From Actinomycetota bacterium (GTDB lineage Bacteria; Actinomycetota; Actinomycetes; S36-B12): a stretch of 64,000 bases of DNA. The stretch covers positions 19,126 through 83,125 of the forward strand of contig VGCC01000005.1 of the NCBI GenBank assembly GCA_016870195.1. Reading direction: 5' to 3'. Made by a program: the position numbers and the translations under genes. Of the stretch, positions 29,971 to 40,761 are shown piece after piece. Within the stretch, counting starts at the first letter, position 1. Each line of letters begins with the position of its first letter. The notes under the pieces are model-generated. The model ran no database searches and was not told where the DNA came from. It saw only the letters and a program-made list of their open reading frames with translations.

Positions 29971-30742
29971 CCGCAAGCCGCTGATGGCGGGCAACTGGAA
30001 GATGAACGTGAATCACTTTGAGGCGATCGCTCTCGTCCAGAAAGTCGCCTACGCGCTTAATGACGCGGACTTCGCCGCAGTAGATGTTGCAGTTCTCCCG
30101 CCCTTCACTGACCTGCGCTCGGTCCAGACCCTCATCGAAGGCGATCGCTACGACATCGCCTACGGAGGACAGGACATCTCCGCCCATGACTCGGGGGCCT
30201 ACACCGGCGAGATCTCCGGGGCAATGCTCGCCAAACTCGGCTGCACCTACGTGCTGACCGGTCACAGCGAGAGGCGGACACACCATTCGGAGGGCGATGC
30301 CGTGGTCAACGCGAAGACCAGGGCCGCCCTGCGTTACGAACTGACCCCAATCGTGTGTGTTGGGGAAGGCCTGGAGATCCGTCAGGCAGGTGATGCCGTC
30401 GACTTCGTGACCTCGCAACTGCGAGCGTCACTCGAAGGGCTGAGTTCGGCGGAGGTGGCCCGTTGCGTGATCGCCTATGAGCCAGTGTGGGCTATCGGTA
30501 CGGGAGAGGTTGCCACGCCCGAGGACGCCCAGGAGGTGTGCCGCGCCATCCGCGAGGCCCTACGGGCCGATCACGGTGGGGAAGCCTCGGGTATGCGCGT
30601 GCTCTATGGCGGGTCCGTGAAGGCGACGAACATTGCGGGGATCATGGCAATGCCCGATATCGACGGGGCCCTCATCGGGGGTGCCAGCCTCGACCCCGAC
30701 GAGTTCGTCGGTATTGTTCGCTACCGGATGCACCCGGCGTAG
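29963..30742 (+). CDS. tpiA: triose-phosphate isomerase
   Basis: It shows [16 protein letters not shown] and [11 protein letters not shown]. The ATG overlaps the pgk stop. Confidence 0.97.
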   Translation: MTDRKPLMAGNWKMNVNHFEAIALVQKVAYALNDADFAAVDVAVLPPFTDLRSVQTLIEGDRYDIAYGGQDISAHDSGAYTGEISGAMLAKLGCTYVLTGHSERRTHHSEGDAVVNAKTRAALRYELTPIVCVGEGLEIRQAGDAVDFVTSQLRASLEGLSSAEVARCVIAYEPVWAIGTGEVATPEDAQEVCRAIREALRADHGGEASGMRVLYGGSVKATNIAGIMAMPDIDGALIGGASLDPDEFVGIVRYRMHPA

Positions 30743-30770
30743 CGTCCCCAACCCGATCGGACACCAAAGA

Positions 30771-31016
30771 ATGCTGACCGCCCTGACCATCGTGCTCGCG
30801 GTGCTCCTGGTGATTACGAGTGCCCTCTTGGTGGTGCTGATCTTGCTGCACCGCGGCAAGGGTGGCGGACTGTCGGACCTCTTCGGAGGCGGGGTGAGCT
30901 CGTCAATCGGCGGGTCGTCGGTAGCAGAACGCAATCTGGATCGACTGACGGTCGCCATCGCGTTGATCTGGGCGGCGTGCATCATCGCCGTCGGACTGAT
31001 CGTCAGAACCGGCTGA
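30771..31016 (+). CDS. secG: preprotein translocase subunit SecG
   Basis: It is 81 aa with two TM segments and the motif HRGKGGGLSDLFGGG. Confidence 0.92.
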   Translation: MLTALTIVLAVLLVITSALLVVLILLHRGKGGGLSDLFGGGVSSSIGGSSVAERNLDRLTVAIALIWAACIIAVGLIVRTG

Positions 31017-31032
31017 GAGCGGAAGGACAGCA

Positions 31033-31365
31033 GTGGCAGGTGGCAGCGCGATTCGCGGGAGCAGGGTCGGCGCAGGACCCATGGGGGAAGCGGAGCGCGG
31101 TGAAGCCGCACCCAGGATGTTCATGTCCTTCTGGTGTTCGCGCGGGCACGAGTCTCGGCCGAGTTTCGCCACCGACGCGGAGATCCCCGAGGAATGGGAC
31201 TGCCCACGATGCGGGCTTCCGGCAGGTCCCAACAAGGAGAATCCGCCGGCACCACCCAAGATCGAGCCTTACAAGACGCACCTCGCATATGTGAAGGAGC
31301 GTCGTTCAGATAAGGATGGGGCAGCGATCCTTCAGGAAGCCCTCGACAAACTACGAAGCCACTAG
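31033..31365 (+). CDS. rbpB: RbpA-family RNA polymerase-binding protein, RbpB-like paralogue
   Basis: It shows IRGSRVGAGPMGE, a zinc-ribbon-like C..H...CPRC core (FWCSRGHE...WDCPRCG), and the sigma-interaction tail KTHLAYVKERRSDKDGAAILQEAL. Confidence 0.85.
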   Translation: MAGGSAIRGSRVGAGPMGEAERGEAAPRMFMSFWCSRGHESRPSFATDAEIPEEWDCPRCGLPAGPNKENPPAPPKIEPYKTHLAYVKERRSDKDGAAILQEALDKLRSH

Positions 31366-31376
31366 GCCGAGGCCGG

Positions 31377-32486
31377 TTAGTCGCGCATGACGCGGCTGAT
31401 CGTGTCGAGCAGATCGATCCATGAGGCGATGAACTTCTCCACGCCTTCCTGCTCAAGTTTCTCGAACACGGAGTCGAAGTCGATCCCTACCGCCTGGAGT
31501 CGATCCCATATTCGGTCAGCCTCGGCATGCGTGCCGAGAAGTGTGTCCCCGCGGAACATCCCATGGTCGGCGACGGCCTCCAGCGTGGCCTGCGGCATGG
31601 TGTTGACCGTGCCGGGCGCCACGAGCTCGATCACGTAGCGCGTGTCATCGAAGGCGGGGTCCTTGACGCCAGTCGAGGCCCAGAGTGGTCGCTGCGCGCG
31701 GGCACGATCGCGGGCGAGTTCCTGCCACCGGGGAGATCCCGTGAATTCCTGGTAGGCAGCCCATGCACGCTGCGCGTTGGCGATGGCTGCGGTCCCTCGC
31801 AACTGTGCTGCATCTGGCGTCCCGAGGGTTGAGAGGCGAGCATCGACCTCGGTATCGACGCGACTGACGAAGAAGCTCGCCACTGAGTGGATCGTGGGCA
31901 GAAATAGACCGTTGTCTCGCGCCAGTTCTAGACCCTCCGCGTGCGCGGCCAGAACCTGTCGGTACGTGTCGACGGAGAAGATCAGGGTCACGTTGACGCT
32001 GATTCCTCGCGCGAGCGTCGCGGTGATCGCGGGCAGGCCCGCGGGCGTCGCCGGGATCTTCACGAGCAGGTTCGGCCGATCCACGAGGTCCCACAGTGCC
32101 GCTGCCTGGCCGATCGTGCCTTCGGTGACGTGGGCCAGGCGCGGGTCCACCTCGATGGATACCCGCCCATCGATCCCGTCGCTGGAGCGCCACACCTCAC
32201 CGAAGAGGTCGCATGCGGCGCGCACATCATCGGTGGTGAGCACGCGCACGATGTCATCGGCGTTCTGTCCTTGCGCAGCGAGGTCGCGGATCTGGCGGGC
32301 ATACGAGGAACCCCCGGTGGAGATCGCCTTCTGGAAGATCGTGGGATTCGTGGTGACCCCGCGGACGTCCCAGGTGGCGATGAGATCCGCAAGATTCCCC
32401 GTGGTGAGGCGTGTCCGATCGAGGTCGTCGAGCCAGAGGGACACCCCGGCCCGGGTGAGTTCTTCCAGAGTCGTGGCCACGGTCAT
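31377..32486 (-). CDS. tal: transaldolase (long actinobacterial type)
   Basis: It shows [18 protein letters not shown] and LLVKIPAT. Its start overlaps the tkt stop by 4 nt. Confidence 0.95.
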   Translation of the reverse strand: MTVATTLEELTRAGVSLWLDDLDRTRLTTGNLADLIATWDVRGVTTNPTIFQKAISTGGSSYARQIRDLAAQGQNADDIVRVLTTDDVRAACDLFGEVWRSSDGIDGRVSIEVDPRLAHVTEGTIGQAAALWDLVDRPNLLVKIPATPAGLPAITATLARGISVNVTLIFSVDTYRQVLAAHAEGLELARDNGLFLPTIHSVASFFVSRVDTEVDARLSTLGTPDAAQLRGTAAIANAQRAWAAYQEFTGSPRWQELARDRARAQRPLWASTGVKDPAFDDTRYVIELVAPGTVNTMPQATLEAVADHGMFRGDTLLGTHAEADRIWDRLQAVGIDFDSVFEKLEQEGVEKFIASWIDLLDTISRVMRD

Positions 32487-34531
32487 CCTTCTGCGAGTGA
32501 TGCGCGCACGGCGTCAGCGACCCGCTCGGTCGTGAACCCGAACTCGCGGAACAACGTGATGTGGTCGGCACTTGCACCGAAGTGGTCGATCCCGATCACC
32601 CGGCCGGCAGATCCGACATACTTCCACCACCCGAGGGTGGCTCCGGCCTCGACGGCGACGCGGGCACGCACCGAGGGCGGGAGAACGAGGTCGCGGTAGT
32701 CGGGATCCTGGTCGTCGAACCACTCCAGGCAGGGGGCACTGACGACTCGGACGGAGATGCCGTCTTTCTGGAGATCCTGCGCGGCTGCCAACCCGAGCGC
32801 CACCTCCGAGCCGGTGGCGATGATGATGGCATCGGGTCTCTCCGGTCCCTCGAGAACGTACGCGCCGCGGGGGACTCCATCGAGGGCGCCGTCCGGGTCG
32901 GTGATGGTGGGCACGTTCTGTCGCGTCAAGACGAGGCCGACCGGACCCCGTTGATGGAGGATCGCCGACCATGCCGCGGACGTTTCATTCGCGTCGGCGG
33001 GGCGCACCACTGCGAAACCCGGGATGGCGCGGAGGCTCCAGAGGTGCTCGATCGGCTGGTGGGTCGGACCGTCTTCGCCGAGGCCGATCGAGTCATGCGT
33101 CCAGACGAATGTCGACGCACACTGCATGAGTGCGGCGAGCCGCACTGCTCCCCGCATGTAGTCGCTGAAGACCAGGAACGTGCCACCGTAGGGACGCAGG
33201 AGTCCATCCAGGGCGGCTCCATTCACGACGGCGCCCATCGCGTGCTCGCGCACACCGAAGTGGATGATGCGACCGAAGGGGTCTGCCCCGGGAATCGGGC
33301 TCGAGGAGGGGAGGAACGAGCCACCACCCTCGATGGACGTGTTGTTCGATTCCGCAAGATCGGCGGAGCCACCCCACAACTCGGGCAGAAGTGCAGCAAG
33401 TGCATTGACTGTCTCACCCGAAGCCTTGCGCGTCGCCACGGCTGTGCCCGGCGAGTACTTGGGCAGAGCCGAGTCGATATCAGCCGGAAGGGCATGGGAC
33501 TCCAACCGCATCAGGAGTGCCAGGCCGGATTTGTTGCCTTCGCACCATGTGGCGAAGAGGTCCCGCCACGCGTCGATGAGTGGTTGGAGTCGCGTGGCGA
33601 GTCTGCTGCGTACCTCGGCGAGTACGGCTGAATCGAATGCGAAGTGTTCGCCGGGATCGAGGCCAAGCGCCGCCTTGGTGGCCGCCACTTCGTCGGCGCC
33701 CAGTGCGGATCCGTGGGACTTCGCCGTACCGGAAGCAGTGGGAGCAGGCCACGCAATGGTGGTGCGGACTCGGATGAAACTCGGCCTGTCGGGGACCTCA
33801 CGCGCGGCATCGATGGCCGAGAGCAATGCCGCGACGTCGACGTCGCCCGAGGGCAGTTGCTCGACCTCGTGCACATCCCAGCCGTAAGCTCGATATCGAG
33901 CGACGACATCCTCGGTGAAGGCGACGGCGGTGTCTCCCTCGATGGAGATGCGGTTGTCATCCCAGATCACCGTGAGTGAGCCCAGGCCTTGTGTGCCGGC
34001 AAGGGAACTCGCCTCGCCGCTGATCCCCTCTTCGAGATCACCGTCCGAGGCGAGGACGTAGACGCGATGGTCGAAGGGACTTGTCGGGGAAGACGGGTCG
34101 AGGATCCCGCGCTCGTAGCGTGCACCCATGGCCATGCCCACCGCGGTCGCGAGGCCCTGCCCGAGCGGGCCGGTCGTCGTCTCGACACCGGGCGTGTGGC
34201 CGCATTCGGGGTGCCCCGGCGTGCGGCTTCCCCACGTGCGGAACGCTTGGAGGTCCTCCATGGTCAGACCCATGTCCGCGAGAAAGAGCTGTAGGTACAG
34301 GGTGAGGCTTGAGTGGCCTGCGCTCAGTACGAATCGGTCCCGTCCCAACCAGGAGGGGTCGCGGGGGTCGAAGGTCATCACGCGGGTGAAGAGCAGGTAC
34401 GCCACCGGGGCGAGGCTCATCGCGGTTCCGGGGTGGCCGTTTCCAACCTTCTGCACGGAATCCGCTGCGAGCGCCCTCAGATAGGCGACTGCGCGCTCAT
34501 CGGTCTCGTCCCAGGTGAGGAGCGACGTCAC
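32483..34531 (-). CDS. tkt: transketolase
   Basis: It has the GHPG ThDP motif, GDLEEG, and [19 protein letters not shown]. Confidence 0.97.
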   Translation of the reverse strand: MTSLLTWDETDERAVAYLRALAADSVQKVGNGHPGTAMSLAPVAYLLFTRVMTFDPRDPSWLGRDRFVLSAGHSSLTLYLQLFLADMGLTMEDLQAFRTWGSRTPGHPECGHTPGVETTTGPLGQGLATAVGMAMGARYERGILDPSSPTSPFDHRVYVLASDGDLEEGISGEASSLAGTQGLGSLTVIWDDNRISIEGDTAVAFTEDVVARYRAYGWDVHEVEQLPSGDVDVAALLSAIDAAREVPDRPSFIRVRTTIAWPAPTASGTAKSHGSALGADEVAATKAALGLDPGEHFAFDSAVLAEVRSRLATRLQPLIDAWRDLFATWCEGNKSGLALLMRLESHALPADIDSALPKYSPGTAVATRKASGETVNALAALLPELWGGSADLAESNNTSIEGGGSFLPSSSPIPGADPFGRIIHFGVREHAMGAVVNGAALDGLLRPYGGTFLVFSDYMRGAVRLAALMQCASTFVWTHDSIGLGEDGPTHQPIEHLWSLRAIPGFAVVRPADANETSAAWSAILHQRGPVGLVLTRQNVPTITDPDGALDGVPRGAYVLEGPERPDAIIIATGSEVALGLAAAQDLQKDGISVRVVSAPCLEWFDDQDPDYRDLVLPPSVRARVAVEAGATLGWWKYVGSAGRVIGIDHFGASADHITLFREFGFTTERVADAVRASLAEG

Positions 34532-34591
34532 TTCTCCAGCCTAGTGAGGATTCGGCTGCACTCAGCCGTTCGATACGCTCCCAAGGTGTCG

Positions 34592-35503
34592 ATGGCGTCA
34601 GCTCCCACCCTGGACGAGACACGCGTCACAGATCGGATTCGCTCCTATATCGCGATGACGAAGCCACGCATCATCGAGTTATTGCTCGTGACGGCGATCC
34701 CGACGATGTTCCTCGCAGCCGAAGGTCTTCCCACGCTGCGATCCGCGATCGCGGTTCTGGTGGGGGGTGCTGCCGCCGCTGCGGCGGCGAACACGTTCAA
34801 CAGTGTCTACGACCGAGACGTCGACGCCGTGATGGCGCGCACGCACGACCGTCCGCTGGCCCGCGGTGCGGTATCGCTGCGTGCCGGGCTGATTCAGGGC
34901 TCGATCCTCACTGTGGTGTCCGCGCTCGTCCTGGCCCTCCTCACTAATCCTCTCGCGGCAGGTCTATCCCTGGTCGCCATCGCGCTCTACTCAGTCGGCT
35001 ATACGATGATTTTGAAGCGCCGCACGACCCAGAACATCGTCTGGGGCGGGGCTGCGGGATGCATGCCGGTCCTGATCGCGTGGGCGGCGATCACCGGGTC
35101 ACTGACCTGGACTCCCGTCGTGCTATTCCTCGTCGTCTTCTTCTGGACGCCGCCGCATTACTGGCCACTGGCGATGAAGTACCGCGAGGAATATCGACAG
35201 GCGGGAATCCCGATGCTGCCCGTGGTTGCCACCGACAGGGTCGTGGCGCGCCAGATCATCGTGTACAGCTGGGTGATGGTCGCGGTGTCGCTCGCGCTGG
35301 TTCCCGTCGCGGGCATGGGAGTGGTCTACCTGGTGGGCGCGGCCGCCCTTGGTGCCCTCTTCCTGGTGTTGGCCTATCGGGTGCGCTCAAGTGTCGGCTC
35401 GGCCGACCTCGATCGCCGGGCGATGCGCCTGTTCCATGGTTCGATCACGTATCTGGCGATCCTGTTCCTACTGGTAGGCGTGGATCCGTTCCTCGGCTGG
35501 TGA
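34592..35503 (+). CDS. ctaB: protoheme IX farnesyltransferase (heme O synthase)
   Basis: It is a UbiA-family polytopic protein with TKPRIIELLL, NSVYDRDVDAVMARTHDRP and FFWTPPHYW. The start is ATG 34592 (GTG 34586 is also possible). Confidence 0.93.
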   Translation: MASAPTLDETRVTDRIRSYIAMTKPRIIELLLVTAIPTMFLAAEGLPTLRSAIAVLVGGAAAAAAANTFNSVYDRDVDAVMARTHDRPLARGAVSLRAGLIQGSILTVVSALVLALLTNPLAAGLSLVAIALYSVGYTMILKRRTTQNIVWGGAAGCMPVLIAWAAITGSLTWTPVVLFLVVFFWTPPHYWPLAMKYREEYRQAGIPMLPVVATDRVVARQIIVYSWVMVAVSLALVPVAGMGVVYLVGAAALGALFLVLAYRVRSSVGSADLDRRAMRLFHGSITYLAILFLLVGVDPFLGW

Positions 35504-36421
35504 GAGACCCCGGGTACGCAGCGCGGGGGCGAGGAACAGCAGGGCGACCCAGGTGGCGACAGCCCCCAGGACGTGGATCCCGACGAGGAGTTCCGGCAAA
35601 CCGGTGAAGTACTGGGTGTAGCCGACTACCCCCTGAGCACCTGCGATACCGGCGAGGATGAGTGCGCGACGACGGAGCGTGCCGAGATCCGCGTTGAGTG
35701 ACGCCGCGACGATGACGCCGATGATCAGGCCGAGGAAGAGGAACACGGCGTCGGCGTGGAGCCAGGAGACGGTGCGGGGGTCAAAACTGAACCGAGCCTC
35801 GGTCTCAGCGTCCCCACTGTGCGGGCCGCTCCCGGTGACGATGACGCCGAGGATGACGACGGCCAATCCGACGGCGATCAGGGCATAGGTCAGTACGACC
35901 ACGGGACGGGGCGCCGTCCACACGATCGGCTGGTCTCCTGGTTCCCCGGAGCGCGCGACGAGGGCGACGCACGCGGCGACGAGGGCAATCGAGACCAGGA
36001 AATGGGCCGCGACGATCGTGGGGTGCAGCCCGGTCAGCACCGTGATGCCGCCGAGGACCGCTTGCAGCACGGTGCCCGCGAGCGGGACCACGGCGAGGAC
36101 GGTGAGGACGGGACGCGGAGGGAGGTCCGCGGCCCGACGCCGACGCGCGTCCGCGAGGGCTGCAATGACGGCCGCGATGGCCAGAGCGGCAAGGACGAAG
36201 GTCAGGAGACGGTTGCCGAACTCCACGTACTTGTGCCAGGCCTCGGCCTGGGTCGCGGTGGGGATGTAGGAGCCCTCGGCACACTCGGGCCAGGTGGGGC
36301 AACCCAGGCCCGACCCGGTGATCCGCACGATGGCCCCGGTCACGATGATCGCCCCCTGGGCGACCAGGTTCGCCACGTAGACGCGGCGTACCCACGCGGG
36401 GGATCGCCCGTCGGTGCCCAT
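35468..36421 (-). CDS. ctaA: heme A synthase (COX15/CtaA)
   Basis: It is polytopic with GSGLGCPTWPEC and conserved His residues. The start is at MGTDG. It converges on ctaB with a 36-nt overlap. Confidence 0.88.
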   Translation of the reverse strand: MGTDGRSPAWVRRVYVANLVAQGAIIVTGAIVRITGSGLGCPTWPECAEGSYIPTATQAEAWHKYVEFGNRLLTFVLAALAIAAVIAALADARRRRAADLPPRPVLTVLAVVPLAGTVLQAVLGGITVLTGLHPTIVAAHFLVSIALVAACVALVARSGEPGDQPIVWTAPRPVVVLTYALIAVGLAVVILGVIVTGSGPHSGDAETEARFSFDPRTVSWLHADAVFLFLGLIIGVIVAASLNADLGTLRRRALILAGIAGAQGVVGYTQYFTGLPELLVGIHVLGAVATWVALLFLAPALRTRGLSPAEERIHAYQ

Positions 36422-36448
36422 GGTCTTCCCACTGTATCCAGGCCCGAT

Positions 36449-36483
36449 TTGCGTACATCTCGATTTACGCAACAATATTGTTG
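36449..36483 (+). promoter_or_regulatory. putative sufR/suf operon promoter overlapped by a SufR-type operator
   Basis: The promoter has -35 TTGCGT (36449-54), an 18-nt spacer and -10 CAATAT (36473-78). The perfect palindrome CAACAATATTGTTG (36470-83) equals CAAC-N6-GTTG, the motif reported for cyanobacterial SufR. It ends on the GTG start, so the transcript is probably leaderless. Confidence 0.55.
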
Positions 36484-37142
36484 TGAAATTCCCCGGTGAA
36501 GCCGCCGAGCGGGTGGCGCGGAGCCTGCTGGAGTTGGGTCCCGCGACGGCTGCGGAGGTTGCCTCGCGCCTGGGGATGTCGGCCGCAGCTGTTCGGAGAC
36601 CGTTGGCCGCGCTGGCTGTTTCCGGCCTCGTGGAAGCGACCGACGAGGCGCCCTACGGCCCACGTGCGCGGCGCGGTCGCGGTCGGCCAAGCAAGGTCTT
36701 CTCCCTCACCCAGGATGGTCGCGCGGCATGCGATCAGGCCTACGACGATCTGGCCCTCGCCGCGTTGCGTTTTCTTGCCGACACCCAAGGGCGTGCGGCC
36801 GTCGCGGAATTCGCCGCACGTCGCGCCCGGTCGGTCGTCGGCAGCGGCACCCAGTCCATCGATGCCGTGGTCCAGCGCCTCGACGCCGCCGGGTTCGCGG
36901 CAGAGTCGAGCAGCCTCGCGTCGGGTCAACACCAGCTCTGCCAGCACCACTGTCCTGTGGTGGATGCAGCGCGTGAGTTCCCCGAGCTCTGTGACGCCGA
37001 GGCGGAGGCCATCGCCCAGGCCCTGGGTCGCCACGTCACTCGATTGGCCACGCTGGCGCAGGGTGACGGAGTGTGCACCGCACTCATCGGTCCATCGATC
37101 CACAGTCCGACATCCCCGTCCCGAGGAAAGGTTTCGGCATGA
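36483..37142 (+). CDS. sufR: SufR-like winged-HTH (ArsR/DeoR-type) Fe-S-sensing repressor of the suf operon
   Basis: The N-terminal HTH reads [27 protein letters not shown]. The C-terminal Cys cluster is C-x12-C-x13-C-x14-C (CQHHCP...ELCDAE...VCT). It lies directly upstream of sufB, with an ATGA overlap. Confidence 0.82.
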   Translation: MKFPGEAAERVARSLLELGPATAAEVASRLGMSAAAVRRPLAALAVSGLVEATDEAPYGPRARRGRGRPSKVFSLTQDGRAACDQAYDDLALAALRFLADTQGRAAVAEFAARRARSVVGSGTQSIDAVVQRLDAAGFAAESSSLASGQHQLCQHHCPVVDAAREFPELCDAEAEAIAQALGRHVTRLATLAQGDGVCTALIGPSIHSPTSPSRGKVSA

Positions 37143-38560
37143 GCACCGCAGCAGAGGAACAAGCCAAAACGATCGATGCGCTGAGCCGCTACGAGTATGG
37201 CTGGCGTGACGCGGACGATGCAGGCTCCGGCGCTCGCCGTGGGCTCAACGAAGACGTGGTGCGGGACATCTCGGCTAAGAAGGGTGAGCCGGAGTGGATG
37301 CTCGACCTCCGGCTCAAAGGTCTTCGACTCTTCGAGAAGAAGCCGATGCCCGCCTGGGGGTCCGACCTGACCGGGATCGACTTCGACAACATCAAGTACT
37401 TCGTGCGGTCGACGGAGAAGCAGGCCTCGAGTTGGGATGAGTTGCCGGAGGACATCCGCAACACCTACGACCGACTCGGGATCCCCGAAGCGGAGAAGAA
37501 TCGCCTGATCGCCGGTGTGGCGGCGCAATATGAGTCCGAGGTGGTCTATCACGCCATCCGCGAGGACCTTCAGGAGCAGGGCGTCATCTTCCTCGACACC
37601 GACTCCGGCCTCAAGGAGCACCCGGAGCTGTTCCGTGAGTACTTCGCGAGCGTCATCCCTGTGGGCGACAACAAGTTCGCGGCTCTGAACACTGCCGTGT
37701 GGTCGGGCGGGTCGTTCATCTACGTCCCGAAGGGCGTGCATGTCGAGATCCCGCTGCAGGCCTACTTCCGGATCAACACCGAGAACATGGGACAGTTCGA
37801 GCGGACCTTGATCATCGTCGACGAGGATGCGTATGTGCATTACGTCGAGGGATGCACTGCACCCATCTACTCCAGCGACTCGCTGCACTCCGCCGTGGTC
37901 GAGATCATCGTGAAGAAGGGTGCCCGCTGTCGCTACACCACCATCCAGAACTGGTCAGTGAACGTGTACAACCTCGTCACGAAGCGCGCAGTGGCGCACG
38001 AGGGCGCCACGATGGAGTGGATCGACGGGAATCTTGGTTCGAAGGTTACCATGAAGTATCCGGCCGTATGGATGGTGGGGGAGCATGCCAAGGGGGAGAC
38101 TCTCTCCATCGCCTTCGCGGGAGAAGGTCAGCACCAGGATGCCGGCGCCAAGATGGTGCACGCTGCGCCGTACACCTCCTCGTCGATCGTGTCCAAGTCG
38201 GTTGCACGCGGTGGCGGTCGCACCTCGTACCGGGGACTCGTGCAGGTCCAGGAGGGGTGTCACCACTCGAAGAGCACGGTGCGCTGCGATGCCCTTCTGG
38301 TGGACGACGTGTCGCGGTCGGACACGTACCCCTACGTGGATGTCCGCGAGGACGACGTCTCGATGGGCCACGAGGCCACCGTTTCGAAGGTCAGCGAGGA
38401 CCAGCTCTTCTATCTGATGTCGCGCGGTATGGCCGAGGACGAGGCGATGGCGATGATCGTTCGGGGCTTCGTCGAGCCAATCGCGCGGGAACTCCCGATG
38501 GAGTACGCCCTGGAGTTGAACCGACTCATCGAGTTGCAGATGGAGGGCGCTGTCGGATGA
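37139..38560 (+). CDS. sufB: Fe-S cluster assembly protein SufB
   Basis: It begins YEYGWRD and shows a typical SufB core ([25 protein letters not shown]). No intein is present. Confidence 0.96.
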   Translation: MSTAAEEQAKTIDALSRYEYGWRDADDAGSGARRGLNEDVVRDISAKKGEPEWMLDLRLKGLRLFEKKPMPAWGSDLTGIDFDNIKYFVRSTEKQASSWDELPEDIRNTYDRLGIPEAEKNRLIAGVAAQYESEVVYHAIREDLQEQGVIFLDTDSGLKEHPELFREYFASVIPVGDNKFAALNTAVWSGGSFIYVPKGVHVEIPLQAYFRINTENMGQFERTLIIVDEDAYVHYVEGCTAPIYSSDSLHSAVVEIIVKKGARCRYTTIQNWSVNVYNLVTKRAVAHEGATMEWIDGNLGSKVTMKYPAVWMVGEHAKGETLSIAFAGEGQHQDAGAKMVHAAPYTSSSIVSKSVARGGGRTSYRGLVQVQEGCHHSKSTVRCDALLVDDVSRSDTYPYVDVREDDVSMGHEATVSKVSEDQLFYLMSRGMAEDEAMAMIVRGFVEPIARELPMEYALELNRLIELQMEGAVG

Positions 38561-39666
38561 CCGCTGTCGCCGAAGCGCCTGCCACCGACCTTGCGCCGAG
38601 GATCCGCTCGAATGATCCCGACGACTTCCCCCTGCCGACCGGGCGGGAGGAGGAATGGCGGTTCACCCCCGTGAACGTGGTCCAGGACTTCTTCGAAGTT
38701 CGGCCACTGCCCACCCTCGGGTTCACATCCCCGTCGCCGTTGGTGTCGACGGGGGCGGTCGGGGACGACACGTACGCGGTGGATCGGCCAGCGGCGATCG
38801 CGCGCCATGCCGTGGCGCATGCGATCGTCATCGAAATCCCGGACGGCCACGAGTCCGGAGAAGCAATCGATGTCTCACTCGTGGGGTCGGCACCCGCCGC
38901 CGTGGGCCACATTGTCATCCGGTGTGGGCGCCACGCATATGCCACGGTCGTCCTCCGGCACGACCTTGCGACGGATTCCGCAGGGTCCATCGTCACCCAC
39001 GTCGGTGATGGATCGCGCCTGACAATCCTGTCTCTCATGGATGGGCGGGGAGATTCACGGCAGATGTGGCAGTGGCACTCGATCATCGGGCGGGACGCCA
39101 CCCTGAACGCGCTGAGTGTCACCATGGGCGCCGCCTTCATCCGCATGTGTCCCTCGGTGGAGTTCGCTGGCCCTGGTGGTGCGGTGGATGTGGTCGGTGC
39201 CTTCCTGACACAGGGCGCGGAATATCAGGAACATCGGGTCTTTATCGATCACAACCAACCGCATTGTTCGAGCAACGTCGTCTACAAGGGGGCTCTCTCG
39301 GGTGATTCCTCGCACAGCGTGTGGGTGGGAGACGTCCTCGTTCGTCGCAATGCCGTCGGGATCGACACGTACGAACTGAATCGGAATCTGCTTCTCACTG
39401 ACGGACCCCGTGCAGACTCCGTTCCCAATCTGGAACTGGAAACAGGGGATGTGGCCGGCGCCGGTCACGCCAGCGCCACCGGTCGGTTCGATGACGAGCA
39501 GCTCTTCTACCTGCAGAGCCGTGGCATCCCCGAGGACCTTGCCCGCCACCTCGTCGTGCGCGGATTCTTCGTGGATGTGCTGGCGAAGATCGGAGACGAG
39601 ACCTTGCGCCGGGAAGTGCTGACCGGGCTCGAGGCTCGAATCGGGATGTCGGAGCTGCCACCATGA
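38557..39666 (+). CDS. sufD: Fe-S cluster assembly protein SufD
   Basis: It shows EEWRFTP and the C-terminal FYLQSRGI. It is coupled to sufB by an ATGA overlap. Confidence 0.93.
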   Translation: MTAVAEAPATDLAPRIRSNDPDDFPLPTGREEEWRFTPVNVVQDFFEVRPLPTLGFTSPSPLVSTGAVGDDTYAVDRPAAIARHAVAHAIVIEIPDGHESGEAIDVSLVGSAPAAVGHIVIRCGRHAYATVVLRHDLATDSAGSIVTHVGDGSRLTILSLMDGRGDSRQMWQWHSIIGRDATLNALSVTMGAAFIRMCPSVEFAGPGGAVDVVGAFLTQGAEYQEHRVFIDHNQPHCSSNVVYKGALSGDSSHSVWVGDVLVRRNAVGIDTYELNRNLLLTDGPRADSVPNLELETGDVAGAGHASATGRFDDEQLFYLQSRGIPEDLARHLVVRGFFVDVLAKIGDETLRREVLTGLEARIGMSELPP

Positions 39667-39992
39667 CGGCGGTGCGTGCGTGTTCCCTCGCAGACCTGCC
39701 CGGGGTGGGAGCGATCAGGGTCGTCGTCGATGGCTGGAACGTTGCGGTCGTCAGCACGGTCGAGGGGGTCTTCGCCATTGAGGATCGCTGTTCCCATGCG
39801 GATGTGGCGCTTTCCGAGGGCGACGTGGACGGCTGCACCATTGAGTGCTGGTTGCACGGATCGCAATTCGATCTCCGAACCGGCGAGCCCCTGTCGCTTC
39901 CGGCCAACAAACCGGTACCAGTTTTCCCCGTCGCCGTCGAGGGCGAAGGCCCATCCGCAGACATCATGATCGACATCCCGGAAACGAGGTAG
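39663..39992 (+). CDS. Rieske-type [2Fe-2S] ferredoxin encoded within the suf operon
   Basis: The Rieske ligands are CSHADV and CWLHGSQF. It is 109 aa and shares an ATGA overlap with sufD. Confidence 0.88.
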   Translation: MTAVRACSLADLPGVGAIRVVVDGWNVAVVSTVEGVFAIEDRCSHADVALSEGDVDGCTIECWLHGSQFDLRTGEPLSLPANKPVPVFPVAVEGEGPSADIMIDIPETR

Positions 39993-39994
39993 CA

Positions 39995-40756
39995 GTGAAC
40001 ACGTTGAAGATTTCGGATCTCCACGCAAGCGTCGACGTTGAAGGCGGAACAAAGGAGATCCTGAGGGGTGTCTCGCTGACGCTGGATTCAGGTTCGGTCC
40101 AGGCCGTGATGGGACCCAACGGCAGCGGAAAGTCGACGCTGGCCTACGTCATCGCGGGTCACCCCAAGTACACGGTCACGTCGGGATCGATCACCCTCGA
40201 TGGGGTCGACGTCCTGGGCATGTCGGTGGACGAGCGTGCGCGTGCGGGGCTCTTCCTGGCCATGCAGTACCCGGTGGAGATCCCTGGTGTGTCGGTGTCC
40301 AATTTCCTCCGTACCGCTGCCACATCCGTACGGGGTGAGGCACCCAAGCTTCGCGAGTGGATCAAGGAGGTCAAGGAGGCCATGGCCTCCCTCCAAATGG
40401 ACCCTGCCTTCTCCGAGCGCAATGTCAACGAGGGATTCTCCGGTGGCGAAAAGAAGCGCCATGAGGTGCTTCAACTCGCGTTGCTGAAGCCCAAGTTCGC
40501 CATCCTCGACGAGACCGACTCCGGGCTCGACGTCGATGCCCTCCGCACGGTCTCCGAGGGCGTGAATGCCTTCCACGCCACTTCGGACGCGGGAATCCTC
40601 CTCATCACGCATTACACCCGCATCCTGCGCTACATCACACCCGACGTCGTGCATGTCTTCGTCGACGGCCGCATCGTCGAGAGTGGCGGCCCCGCTCTCG
40701 CCGACGAACTCGAGGCACAAGGCTACGAGCGTTTCGTCTCCACGGTGAACGCCTAG
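39995..40756 (+). CDS. sufC: Fe-S cluster assembly ATPase SufC
   Basis: It shows GPNGSGKSTL, FSGGEKKRHE and ILDETDSGLD. The start is GTG at 39995. Confidence 0.96.
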   Translation: MNTLKISDLHASVDVEGGTKEILRGVSLTLDSGSVQAVMGPNGSGKSTLAYVIAGHPKYTVTSGSITLDGVDVLGMSVDERARAGLFLAMQYPVEIPGVSVSNFLRTAATSVRGEAPKLREWIKEVKEAMASLQMDPAFSERNVNEGFSGGEKKRHEVLQLALLKPKFAILDETDSGLDVDALRTVSEGVNAFHATSDAGILLITHYTRILRYITPDVVHVFVDGRIVESGGPALADELEAQGYERFVSTVNA

Positions 40757-40761
40757 GACAC

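Noticed and set aside
36449-36455. The heptamer TTGCGTA is shared by the suf promoter repeat (36449) and the recombinase repeat (60992), which hinted at a common regulator half-site.
   Set aside because: In both places TTGCGT sits 17-18 nt upstream of a (T/C)AATAT hexamer. The simplest reading is that it is the -35 element of two similar housekeeping-sigma promoters. Two occurrences are too few to argue for a regulon.
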